Shown here: positions 1 through 11,400 of the stretch, piece after piece | Layout of the letters: every line of letters begins with the position of its first letter | Position numbering within the stretch: position 1 is the stretch's first letter | Origin: Bilabrum cf. latius | Taxonomy: Eukaryota | Direction of reading: 5' to 3' | DNA: 64,000 nt | Assembly: GCA_965178125.1 (NCBI GenBank) | Contig: OZ237752.1 | Coordinates: 186,001 to 250,000, forward strand | The notes under the pieces: model-generated | What the model was told of the DNA's origin: nothing | Databases searched by the model: none | What the model saw: the letters and a program-made list of their open reading frames with translations, nothing else | Made by a program: the position numbers and the translations under genes

Positions 1-179
1 CGTAGGAAACCCCTCTTCCGACCGATGACCTTCCAGACTTGCGTCGTTTGGACTGCGCCAAAGTACTACGAGGTTTCGCGTCTGGAGAGGCCCCGGAGCT
101 TGCGGCAGAACGCCTCGGCTTGCGAGCCGCCTTGGGAGGCGTAGCCGACGGGTCGACGGGCTCTTCAGCCTCTTGAGCA
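1..179 (-). CDS. Probable internal exon of a gene running off the left edge (basic, low-complexity peptide)
   Basis: A minus-strand frame is open to the window edge (AQEAEEPVDPSATPPKAARKPRRS...KRRKSGRSS). It follows a pyrimidine-rich acceptor-like TTGCTTTGCAG ending at 180. No family recognised. Confidence 0.35.
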
Positions 180-789
180 CTGCAAAGCAATAGAAAAAGT
201 ATAGAATATCATATTAAGCTAAAATAACGAGCCTCTCGCAGGATGATAGGGGCTTCCGGCACGAAACACCTCCCAAGCAATTGCCTCGAACTCAAATCGG
301 AGGCCGCCGCACCCCTTTCCGCCAAGATGCCCACGCATCATGCAAATATAACGGTCATTCAACAATTAATGCAACGTAAACATTCAATACGTACGGCTCT
401 TTTAGGCAATGAAGCAATAATTGCGGCACAGGCTGGACTGAAACACTGCAATGCATCGCTACGCCGAGATTTCGGGCAGAACGGGCGGTTTTGCTGGAAT
501 AATGCGCCTCTCACAGGCTTGAGCTTGCTTGAACTACACTCATTCGTTCTGGCTCCCGCTTCGAGCGGGAAGATCTGCGCCTGGATGGCATGGTTGACGC
601 TGATTATAGTGCGCCTCGGTCGTCGATTGGGGTGTGAAAATGCCTCACATCGATCGGGGCTGCGACCAATCCGAAGATCACTTGGGCAGGTGCGGCGGCG
701 AGTCTGTACGGTGTCTATTTCCTTATAGAGGTTGATTTCAGAGCAGATGCAGTCGCTGCTCGGTGGAAAACCAACAAAACGACGGGCTC

Positions 790-3700
790 ATGGCCAGGGA
801 TGGGGCAGTGGCGGCATCCAAGTTGCCCCCACCAGGATCCCAGGGCCGGGAGCAATGTCTTCCCATGATACGACCGCAATCCTGGGAAGTAGTAGGCCTA
901 GAAGTGTCGCAACCATCGCCAGGGCAGCGTTCCAGACAGAGCCTGCCACGGCCCGCCACCCAACTTCCCGGCAGTGAGAGTACCCGAACGAACATGTTGC
1001 TTCGCCGAATGAACGATGAATTCGCCATGTTTCGTGCCCTTAAACTCCAATCTATTCTAGTTGTTGCGTGTTTTATGGTTTTGCGCCAGCGCAGGTCTTT
1101 CTGGGCGGATGTCCAGGCACTGCAGCTTGCACAGCAGGCCAAGCACAGAGTCGTTCAGCACGGCCGCGCGGAAAGCAGATCCAATGGGAACCGTGGCAGA
1201 CCACCATCGAATGACAATACCTATACAAGCCGTAGCGGTGCTTCCTCCGACCACATTGAGCCCGTTCAGACGCTCTGGACATCCCCAAGCTTTCGTGCGG
1301 ACGGAGATGGCGGTGGAGCCTTGCCGAGCAGAGGCGAGGACTGGAAAGACTCTCCCATTTCGTAGGCTCTAAAACCATGGGGCGTTGGTGCGTCGTGGCA
1401 TGCCGAAGAGACGAGCGGAGGGGCTGCTCCACCGGCGGGTGCCTCGGGATTCGCGGGGCTCACGGGCGAGCACGCCGTGCTGGCGCAGGTGCTCGCGGGG
1501 AAACCAGCGGGGGCGGCGGCCGCGTCGGGTGGGCGGGCATCGGGGCGGTCATCCCGCAGCAGTTCCCCGGGGGGCTATCCCCGGGGTGCGTTGGGGTCGA
1601 CGTCGTCACCCCGCAGGGGCCACCCCCCGGTTGGGGACAGCAGCGGGCTGAAGCGGGGCTACAGCCGCAACACCCTCAAGTGGGAGGCGCAGCTGGTCGC
1701 AAATGACCGGGACCGCAACGACCGTGCGGCCCAGGAGCGATTCGCGGGCTGGACCAGCGGTGGTGCAAGGCGGGCTGCAGCCAGGGCAGCGGAGCGAGCA
1801 GCCCGCCGAGAGGAGGCGAGCAGGCGGAACGGGCCGGAGGAGAGCAGGCGGACGATGTCCAAGCGAACCTTCTCTAGCCGCAAGCTGGCGGGGCTGGTGG
1901 GTGGAACCCAGGGTGGTGCCGGGGACAACCCCTGGGGGTCACCCCTGGGGGTACCGCCCCGGGGTGGGGAACAACCCCAGGCCAAGACCTCCGCCCGGCG
2001 GGTCCCTGGGGAACACCGCCCGTTCGGCACGCAGCGCCGGGCGGCGTTCAGTGTGAATCCGCACCGGCGAATCCGCAAGCCCACGGAGGCAGTGGCGCCC
2101 ACGCTACGAACCGACAGCCGGGCCGCCATGGGACGTTCCGCAAGGAAGGGGCGCCGCGCATCGATCGCGTCCCCCGTTGGGCTCACGGGTGGGCCAGGCC
2201 GCCGCCGCCTGGGGAACAGCAGGGCGGGCAGCCCCTCTCCCCCCTCGGGCAGGCGGGGACAGGGAACAAGGCAAAGGGGGGCACGCGGGAGGATCGGTAG
2301 GCGCGGGAGCGTGGGTGGTGGCGGCGGCGCCGCGCGCGATTCCGCACGGAGGGGTCCCCCCGTCCCGTGGGAGGGCGGCAGCGCCCGGGCCCGTCGTTTG
2401 AGGGAGGGGCTGGCTCGGGCATGGGTGCCTCAGCATGGGGGTGGCGGAGGGGAGGCACCCGCGGGAGGGGAGGCCAGAGCCCCGCTGTCGCCGAGGCTGG
2501 CGGCTGCGCTCGATGTTTTCCGGGCGGAGAGTGCAGGTCGCTCGAGCGGGACTGTTCCCCCGGCTCGCACCGCCGAGGGCCGGGCTGTGGTGGCGGCCGC
2601 CGCCACGCTGCAGGGGGCCTCTGCTGCCAGGGCGCTGCTGGACCGGGCCGCGAATGAGCTGAGGCTTTGGAGGGACGCGCTGGAGGAGTCCGGGGGTGGT
2701 GGCGGCGGTGTGACGAGTGCGAGGAGGGTGGCGTGGTCGTCCGCGGTGCCTGCCAGTCGTGACGACGATGGCAACAACGATGCGCGGGGCAGGGGCAGGG
2801 TCAGCCATGACTTTGTCAGCCACAGCGGCAGCGGCAGGAGATTGGCTGCAGCGCCGGGTCCTTCCACGGCGCCCTCCTCGTCCCCCGCCCCTGCCAGAGG
2901 GACCGCCCAACCGGGCTTGACCTCTGAAGCAGCGTCCGATCTGGCCGCCTCCATGGGTCTCAGCGAGATCACCAGCGCGCTGCTGGATCGGGTGGGCAAA
3001 GGCGACGCGAGCGAGCTGCACGGTCCCGAATGGGCCAGGCTGGTCAGCGTCGTGGCTGACGTGGAGCGGGACGTGGCGGAGGCGCCCCCACTGGGAGAAG
3101 CGGGCAGGCCGCAATTTGTGACGAGTGGTGTGGAGGGTGGCCAAAGCGGGCAGAGAACCTTCGGTCTCTCCGAGGAGCAGCGCCGGCGGCTGGGCCTGCC
3201 CCCGAGCAGCCAGAGCGCCCTCCACAGGGCCACCAGGGCGCTCGAGCCCATCGGTGTGACGAGTGACAGTCAGTTGAACCAAGGTGTGACGAGTGATGGC
3301 GGCGATCATGGGCCGAGGCGCGGGAGCGGCGGCAGTGACCTGCCTCGCGCTCCCGGCCCCATGCACGCCTGGGTCAGCGCACTGGCCCGGGGAACAACGT
3401 CTTGGGGAACAACGTCACAGGCACCTTCACGGCCGGCCCCCCGTGCAGACAGCGGCACAGTCGGGGCACAAGGGCCAGGGGACGCCCCTGTTCCCCGGGA
3501 GAGAGGGGGTAGGCACCCCGCCCCCGCCGGCATAATCAACATCGACACCGCGATAGACGACATGGAGGCCGAAGACAGGAGACGGGCCGCGGGGCATGCA
3601 GGGCCCCCCGCCCCCTCATCATCTACGACCCCCCGCGTGGACGTGGTGCCGCAGACCCCGGCCAGGCCAGAGTCGCTGCAGCAGAGGGCAGCACCCAGGC

Positions 3701-5292
3701 CCACTGACCCGCAGGCAGCGCCGCCCAGCCCGCCAATGGATCACCCTGGGTACGATCCAGGGAGTAAGAGTGCAAGCGCTGAGGAACAACAGCTGCAGGA
3801 ACAGCAGGAACACCAGCACGAACATCAGCAGCATCTGGGATAGCAGCATCTGGGATAGCAGCATCTGGGATAGCAGCATCTGGGATAGCAGCATCTGGGA
3901 TAGCAGCATCACGGATAGCAGCATCTGGGATAGCAGCAGCTGGGATAGCAGCAGTCGTCACAGCCCCGGCCCATCCGCGGACCCAGGAGACCCTCCGAGC
4001 CGTTTCCCGGGGGTGCATCGCACGACAGTGCGGCGCTGTCACTCCCTGGCCCGACGCTTGCCCTGAAGGTCGGGCAGGCACGGCCCGGTGGTCCCGGCTC
4101 TCAACCCCGGGATCACCGGACCGACGACCAGTCGCGAGAGCGGGCCCCCAGCGCCACCTCGGCTGCTTCTGGATCTGCCTCCTCCTTCGCCTCTGAGACT
4201 CCGCACACGCCCAAAGGCCCGCCCCAGGTAGGCCAGATCTCGCCCTTTCTGAGGGACTCCATGGGCCTCTAGGGAACAAGGGACATCCCGCGGTTTCCTC
4301 CCCTCCAAGCGGTTCCCGACTCGCCCACCGTCAGCGGCATCGTGGGGGGGAAAGGGACGTTCGACTGGGGAACACAGGCGGGGCCCCCTTCGCCGCACGC
4401 GGGTCGCATCACGCAGCGGGCAGAGACCAGAGCCAGAAAGGCGCCGCGCACTGCGGAACAAGCCCTCGCGGACGAGGCGGCCTCCAGCGGCAGCGGCGCC
4501 CCCTCCGAGTCCGTCCTCGCGTGGCGCAGGGGAAGACAGTCCAGGGGGCGACCTGTCTCAGGGAACAACCCAGGAAACAACCCAGGGAGCAATGGCGATT
4601 CGATCACGCGGTACGCTCGTGCGATGTCGGTAGACCGTGGCAGAAATGGGTACTAGCCGCGGGCGGGGTCGCGGTTAGTCGGGAACATGGGGGTGGGCGC
4701 GGAGTCAGGGCCAGCATCTTTGTCTCCCGCGGATAGCCTGTCGAGAGCGGTGCGTGGGGGTCGGGGGGCGGGTGCCAGGTCTGCTTCGGTGCCTCGCAGC
4801 TTTGGGGGCCGGCGGGGTGGTGTCGATCGTGGGTCACCGAACGGCTCGCTTGACGACGATGGGGACGAGGAAGGGCAAGAGGTCGTGCGGCCAACCGGCG
4901 CAGTGAGAACGTTTCGGAAAGTGTGGGGCGGGGGTTCGGCCGTGGCACCGGTGGCCATGGGTTAGGGGAGGGGTGCCGTGGATCTGATGGCCAGCCCGGG
5001 GGCGCGGGCGGCGGCAAGGGAGCGGGAGAGGAGGCTCCAGCTGAGCAGGGAACAACAGGGGACTCGGAATCGCAGCCTTGGGCTTAGGAGGATCCCGGGT
5101 GGTCGCAAGGGACGGGTCACCATGAGAGGTGCCATGGATGAACCAAGGCTTCCCACCCCCGCGCAGGTGGCGAATGGGACCAGCAGCGGTGTGGGGCTGG
5201 CCAACGGGAGGGCGTCCCCTTCCAGCGGGTCTCGCCGCTCAAGGGCGGCTCCTCCCTCGCCGCTGTCTGGCATTTGGAGTGGGGAGTTCTGA
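790..5292 (+). CDS. Hypothetical ~1500-aa low-complexity G/R/S/P-rich protein (single frame when TAG is read as sense)
   Basis: ORFs 763-1365, 1477-3843, 4342-4656, 4687-4965 and 4978-5292 share one frame. They are separated only by 12 TAG codons (1363, eight at 3841-3946, 4270, 4654, 4963) and the frame ends at TGA 5290-5292. The start is uncertain (first in-frame ATG at 790). Confidence 0.7.
3826..3954 (+). repeat. Coding 15-bp tandem repeat (C/T)AG-CAG-CAT-CTG-GGA, about 9 units, encoding QQHLG
   Basis: Unit 1 starts with CAG (3826). Units 2-9 start with TAG at 3841, 3856, 3871, 3886, 3901, 3916, 3931 and 3946. It directly follows a Gln-rich stretch (EEQQLQEQQEHQHEH). Confidence 0.95.
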
Positions 5293-5631
5293 GAAAGCTG
5301 GTGTAATCAGGGTGGGGTCGGGGCGGTCGCGTGTGGAACGGAGTTGACGACTGGTGCGCGCGCATACGAGCCAATTCAAGTAGATTTATGTGGAGTCTGA
5401 CTAGGTGCGGCCCTCTTGAAAGTCTCAATAGTATCCAACACAGAAATTTCTGCCGGCGAGTGTCTTGACGTCGATTCCCAAGCCAGACTCCTCGTCGAGG
5501 CTTCAAGTCGGCGTGTGGGCCCCTGGAGGCCACCTTTACTTCACAAATATGCATCGCTAATTTGAACTATGGCGCGTGTGTCTAGGAATGTCGATTACTG
5601 GACAAACACGTCGCGATAGACAATCGAGTCG

Positions 5632-7487
5632 TCACACCCTCACCCTGCTCACGATCTCGGCCAGCAGCGCCACCCCGTACCCCGTGCCCCTCTCCCCCGA
5701 GAAGGAGGGGTAGGCCATGTCAACGTGCAGCCACCGGCCGGAGTCCACGTATGCCCCGAGGTGCGACCCGATGAACTGACCCGCGCAGGAGGACTGGGCA
5801 TTGGCCCGGTCCGCCACCGAGTTCTTCATGTCTGCCACGGTGGAGGCGAACTCTTTCTGGAAGAACTCGGGACAGTAAGGGAGGGCATGGCACAGGTCAC
5901 CCGTGGCGCGCCCGCACTCCACTGCGAGACTCTCGAGACCCTCGTCGTTGCAGTACAGCGCACCGTGGGCCCGCCCGGTGGAGATGCCCTGGGCCCCCGT
6001 GAGCGTGGCCATGTCGATCACCACCGAGGGGTTCAGGTGCTTGGCCGCGTATGCCACAGCGTCACCCAGGACCAGCCTGCCCTCGGCATCGGTGTTGTTC
6101 ACCTCCACGGTCTTGCCCGAGTACATGTGCAGGATGTCGTCGGGCCTCGTGGCCCTCTCGTCCACCGAGTTCTCCGCGAGGGCAAGCAGGGCCACCAGCC
6201 TGTGCCTGCACGTGCCCGAGAGAACAACCGAGCGGAAGGCCCCCAGGACACCCGCGGCGCCCCCCATGTCCCTCTTCATCCCCGGCATGGCCGTCTTGCC
6301 CTTGATGGACAGGCCCCCGGTGTCGTACACGATACCCTTGCCCGCCAGCACCACAGAGGCGCTCTTGGGGTCCACACCAGGGGGGCAGTGCTCGAGGATG
6401 ACGAGTGCGGGCGGGCGCTCCGCCGCGCACCCCACCCCCCACAGCCCCCCGAATCCCCTGTCCCGCAGCTCTGTTCCCCGGATGAGCGTCATGGTGGCAG
6501 CATCATCCCCCAACTCCTTGGCGACACCCCCGGCGATCTCCACGAACCTGTCCGTGTGCAGCTCGCTGCAGGGGGCGTCCACCAGCGCGGCGGCGATCCG
6601 GATGGAGGAGGCCGCGTGCGCCACCCGGTCAATGTCGAAGGAGCCGCCGTCAGCGACGTGCACGTGCACCCGCACCACGGCGTCCGATTTGGCAGAGGCC
6701 GAGCTCTTCCGGCTGTACATGGGGAAGGCCCGCACGGCTGCGCACGCCGACGCCAGCACGGTGGCGTTGGTGGCGTTGCACAAGACAATAAAGAGCGGGT
6801 GCGTGCCGGATGCGGCGACGGTTTTCAGGCCTTTCGCGATGGCGTGGGGCTGGGCGGGGCAGTTGTGCCTCGAGCACTTGGTCGGCAGAACCACGAGCAC
6901 GATGCGCACCCCCATAAAGGTCTCGCGCACGACCGGAGACGTCGCGGGCTCGTCGATCGTGTCGAGCAGGCTCCCGATCACCTCGCCGGTACCAACTGCC
7001 AGGCCGCGAAGCTCTGCGAGGGCGCGGGATGGCGAGCATGAGGCATGAGTGAGCACTGTGCAAGGGCGGTGCAGGCAGCTTGCCTCGACGAAAGGCCAGG
7101 CTCGTACGCAGCAAAACACAAGAATATGATGCGATGGATGCTATTGAGCAGAACTGACAGGCTGATCCGCTGTCATGCCACTACTGCAAGCGCCGTGGTG
7201 CAGCAAAGAGGCGCAAAGTGCAACTCACTCGAGAAACACGTCGGAATGAGAGATTTCGTGCCAACAAGTACTATCGTGCTCGCATCAGGCAGCCTATCGG
7301 CATCCATGGTAAATGAAACGCGGTAGCACGGGTAATCCAAAGGAGACAGATCGGGGAGCGGGCGCTCGCCCACCAGGGACGAGGATCCTCCGGATTCGCC
7401 TCCTGTAGCCACCAAGGCCCCCGCGCCACCAGACGCTGAGCTAGCTCCCGGTGATCCGTAAGAACCCGACCCTGCTACTGCTGCCAT
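5632..7487 (-). CDS. NPEPL1: M17 leucyl aminopeptidase, NPEPL1-like (~546 aa, one intron 7014-7228)
   Basis: Motifs GKGIVYDTGGLSIK, MKRDMGG, NNTDAEGRL, DMATLTGAQG and VADMKNSVADR. A GTGAGT...CGCAG intron joins exon 7229-7487 in phase. Ends at TGA; no internal TAG. Confidence 0.9.
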
Positions 7488-7689
7488 GAGAGTCCAGCTA
7501 TGCCACTATGTCGATCTGAGCGTATATCTGTGTAGTTAGGTTCCGCTTGCATGCGACGCCGCGCAAAATACGATTTCTTGTAAAAGTACACTGCACATGG
7601 CCACAAGACTGGCTCTGCAGCACTTCTGCGTATATCACGCCCACTCGGACGCCTAGGGCAAGTTTGGGATATCATCTGCGTCCATATAG

Positions 7690-8283
7690 ATGCTATTTGA
7701 GAGACGACGAGTGGCAGTCGCAAGCCTGATGGCGATGCTTGTGTCTGGGGCGGCGGCTGCAGTCTCGAGCAGAGTTGTCGAGCATGCTGGCTACCACCAC
7801 CCGCTGGTTCAGCATGTTCACGAAACTCAGGGCAATGCATCATTTATTCAGTTGCAATCGGATGCGGCTCTTGGGTCGGAACGCTATTTTGGCTATTGCG
7901 AGGTGTGCGATAGGATGATTACCATGATGCAGCAGAACTAGCCTGACATTTGCAATGATTTGCCGGACAACTTGTTCATATCATGCGTGAAGAATATGGA
8001 GAGCATCGTGGCAGCTGCTGCGGCTACGACGTATTGGATGGACACAGGCTGCGTGCACATGGATGCCGAACTGGAAGTCTTGAAGCCGTGCCCACCCCAT
8101 GTCATGTGCGGATGGATCCCCAACATATATGCGAAACGATACGGCGTTGAGAATGGCCTGTAGGGAATGCTGCCGCCAATGTGCCCGCGAGACACGAATT
8201 TTGGACCGCGTGTACCGAGGACGACGGCTCCAGGCGAGACGACGACGGGGGGAATGACGGGTGCGAGCGCCAACAAAAAGTAA
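7690..8283 (+). CDS. Small secreted cysteine-rich protein, saposin-like (~197 aa)
   Basis: Hydrophobic N-terminus, then CEVC...IC...C...C...CPPHVMC. ORFs 7690-7941 and 7960-8163 join through TAG 7939 (context CAG CAG AAC TAG) and TAG 8161. Ends at TAA 8281-8283. Confidence 0.65.
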
Positions 8284-8453
8284 TACAGTGAATGAGACCA
8301 GCATATATTATAAGGTACACGCATCTCCCCTTGTTTTGTTCATCATCACATCATGCACGCTATCACTACTAGAAAAAAGCATGCCCTGGCCGTTCAACGA
8401 CGACGGCAGCCCAAGCCCCAATCGGCTTGCGTGCATCATGATGGGATTGTCTA

Positions 8454-11400
8454 TCAATCCAGGCTCACCCTGTCCATGAGGTCCGTGTCCACTCTTGACT
8501 GGGTGTCCGTCTGTACCCGCCCCTGCTCACTCCCACTCCCCCGTGTCCTGCTCCGCGCACGACGCAAATTACGACCCGAGCCGGAGCCGGCCTCGCCACC
8601 GCCACCGCCACCGCTAGACTGGGACCCCCTCCCAGTTGTTCCCCGCCCCCCGAGCTGCGTGGCCCACCGGCTGCCACTCCGCCTCGAGCCCAGAGAGCGG
8701 CCGCCCTCCTCACTCCCGGCACCACCGCTGCCTTGATCCCCGGACCCGGTCCCGGCCCCATCACCGTTCCCGCCGCCACCATCATCACCATCACCACCAC
8801 CACCACGGCCATGATGGCGGCGATTGGAGCCTCGAGGCCGCCTCGCCGGCCCGCGCCACAGCGGGCCCACATCGTCGGGGAACAGAGCACGGGTGGCCAA
8901 AGTGGGAACGTACCTGCCCTCCCGGGGAACAAACTCCGCCATGTGTTCCCCCACCTCGCCGTGCCTCACACCCGCCGCCGGCGAGCCTCGTCCAAGTCCC
9001 GCGCCTCGTCCCCAGCAGCCGTCCCCCAGCTCGCATTCCCACAGCCACGCCGGCGACTCAACAACGGAGCCCCGCTGTTGTGCTACCGCAGCGGTCGAAC
9101 GCACTTGCTCCGGCACCAGTGCCCCGCTGTGGATGGACAGCGCATCGAGCAGCCGCTGGGAGCCCCCCCGCCCAGACGCACCCAGGCTCCCTGCAAGGCT
9201 GCCCCTAGAGGAGCCCCCGCCCCCGCCCGAGTACACGGCATTGGAGCTGCCCCAGCCCCCCGTGCCCATGCTACCGCTGGCCGATTGATCCACCCCGTCC
9301 TCCATGGCAGTGCTGGAGAACTTGGGGGTCGCTGTTCCCTAGAGTGACCCCCTGAGTGACCCCCTGCTGTTGCCAAGGCCCAGGACGGACGCCGCGGCAG
9401 ACGATGGGACCGGCATGGCACTGCCTCCCGACACAGTCCGGGTCGTCTGGCTGTGTTCCCCAGGGAACCGGGCGGCTCCTGATGAGCCCACGCTGCTTGA
9501 TATCCCTGCCATCCCGCTGGCGGCCGTCTGAGGGGACATCGCGGTGCCTGCACCCCAGGAGACAGTGGGCACGGGCCCTCCCTCCTCCTCGCCGTCCTCT
9601 CCCCCAGCCTTGCCGTTCTCGTCTTCTCCATCCCCCTCCTCTACCCCCTCCCACCGCTCCACTGGCATCACGTTATCGTCCGCAACGTACGTGTGCTGCC
9701 TCCCCGGCCGATCCCTCTCGTCCACCAGCGCGTGGTAGAAGGGTTGTTCCCTGCCCCGGGGCAGCAGGTCCACCCCCATGGCCTGCTGCCATCGGATGCT
9801 CTGACCGCACTTCGAGTCCCAGCCCACCACGACAGCCCTGTACCCGTACTTGCGGTGCCTGAAGATCCTCCCGACAGCGTGTGGTGCCCCGGGGGTGCCT
9901 CCTGCTAGTGGGCCGGGGCGCCGTGAGATGATCTGCTCCGCTGCATCCCTCTCCTCTGCCGTGCACACTTGTGGTGGTGGGGAGCTTGCTGCCGAGCTGG
10001 GCCGAGACGGATCGCCACGGGCCGCCGCCGCCTCTTTGACCACCCCCGAGTCGGAGGAGGCCGCCCTTGCCGCTGCAAGCCCGCCGTCCAGCCGCGGGCT
10101 GCTCCGTCGGGAGGGGGAGGGGGAGCGGGAGAGTCCATCCTCTGGATCATGGAACGCGCTGCCGCCGTGAGATGCAAGGGCAGGGCCCTCTGCCGTCATT
10201 CCGGCCACGCCACCGCCGTCGCCGTCGGCGGTTTCTCCCGCGTGGTGGCTGGAGGGTGCCAGCAGCGAGCTCAGCTGTCTCGGTGAGGCCTGGGAGGATC
10301 CAGCCCGTTCCGCGGGGGTGCCACTCGCGCCCTCCTCGTCCTGCCCCTCCTCGTCCTGACCATCATGCTCGCCCTGACCATCATGCTCGCCCTGCACTGG
10401 CTAGCTGCCCATTCGGGGGTCACCCTCCGGACTACTGAATTCCGAGTCGTTCATTGTTCCCTCGTTTGTTCCTCCTGCCTCCTCGGTGGCAGGGGAGGCG
10501 ATGTGCGCCGGAAATTTCCTGTCCACCCCCGCGTTGTTCCCTGAGACGGACCGCTGCACCGAGGCCCCGCTGGTACTGCGGATAGAGGCCATTCCTCGGC
10601 GTGGGGGGCCTCCCGTGCGGTTGCTGCTGCCCGAACTGGACCGCACGGACCGCAACCGCTGCGACTGGTCTCCGGAGCCGAAGCTGCCCGGCCCGCTTGG
10701 GCCAGACCCCGACCTCGACCCCGACCCAGATCCAAAGGAGCCATCGCTGCCGCTTCTCATTGCACCCAGCCCAAGACCAACCCCATCCCCTGGACCACCG
10801 CCCCTGGCGCTAACCCCCTGCCCTTTAACCTTGTCTTCATGTGTGGCTCTAGACCCAGACAAGCTGGCACCGAGCCCTCCTTGCTCACCTCCCTCCTACC
10901 CCTCTCCTTCTCCCCCTCCCCCTCCCTCTCCTTCTCCCGTCCCGTCGACCTCTCCTTCTCCCGTCCCGTCGACCTCTCCTTCTCCCTTCCCGTCGACCTC
11001 TCCCTCTCCCTCTCCCTCTCCCTCTCCCTCTCCCTCCTCATTGACAGGCCGAAGCCCCAGGCCCCTGGCCACAGGGTGGGACAGCAGCGCACGCGCCGCC
11101 GCCCTCGATAGCCCCCGCACCGCCTCCAGGGAACAACCGACCGAGTCGCTCTCCACCATGAGCTTCACCGCGGCCTCATGAGAGCTGACCCGCCCGACCC
11201 TCGCTGCCCCCGCCACCCCCCCCCGCCCCATCACAACCGCCCTCAGCGATGCGATCACATGAGCGGGCAGCCCCAGCGCCCTCCGCTGCCCCTCCAGCAC
11301 CCTCAGGTCCTCCTCCGCGACGTGCCTCAGGCCCACGTGGGCAGCCGCCTGGCAGCGCGTGAACCGCATCCTGGGCTCGTCCCCAGGATCCAGAGGGATC

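Noticed and set aside
243-728. 161-aa ORF at 243-728 (and similarly the upstream part of ORF 58059-58619)
   Set aside because: These have lower GC, lack the codon bias of the real genes and show no motifs; they are more likely intergenic, UTR or intron sequence.
3826-3954. CRISPR-like array
   Set aside because: The 15-bp units are head-to-tail with no spacers, in frame within a CDS, and there are no cas genes.
5725-7048. Long antisense or alternative-frame ORFs (e.g. 5725-7041 +, 17207-18274 +, 23973-26243 -, 29691-30650 +, 32271-33812 +, 60457-61671 +)
   Set aside because: They are shadows of real genes on the opposite strand, caused by high GC and codon bias, and carry no recognisable motifs.
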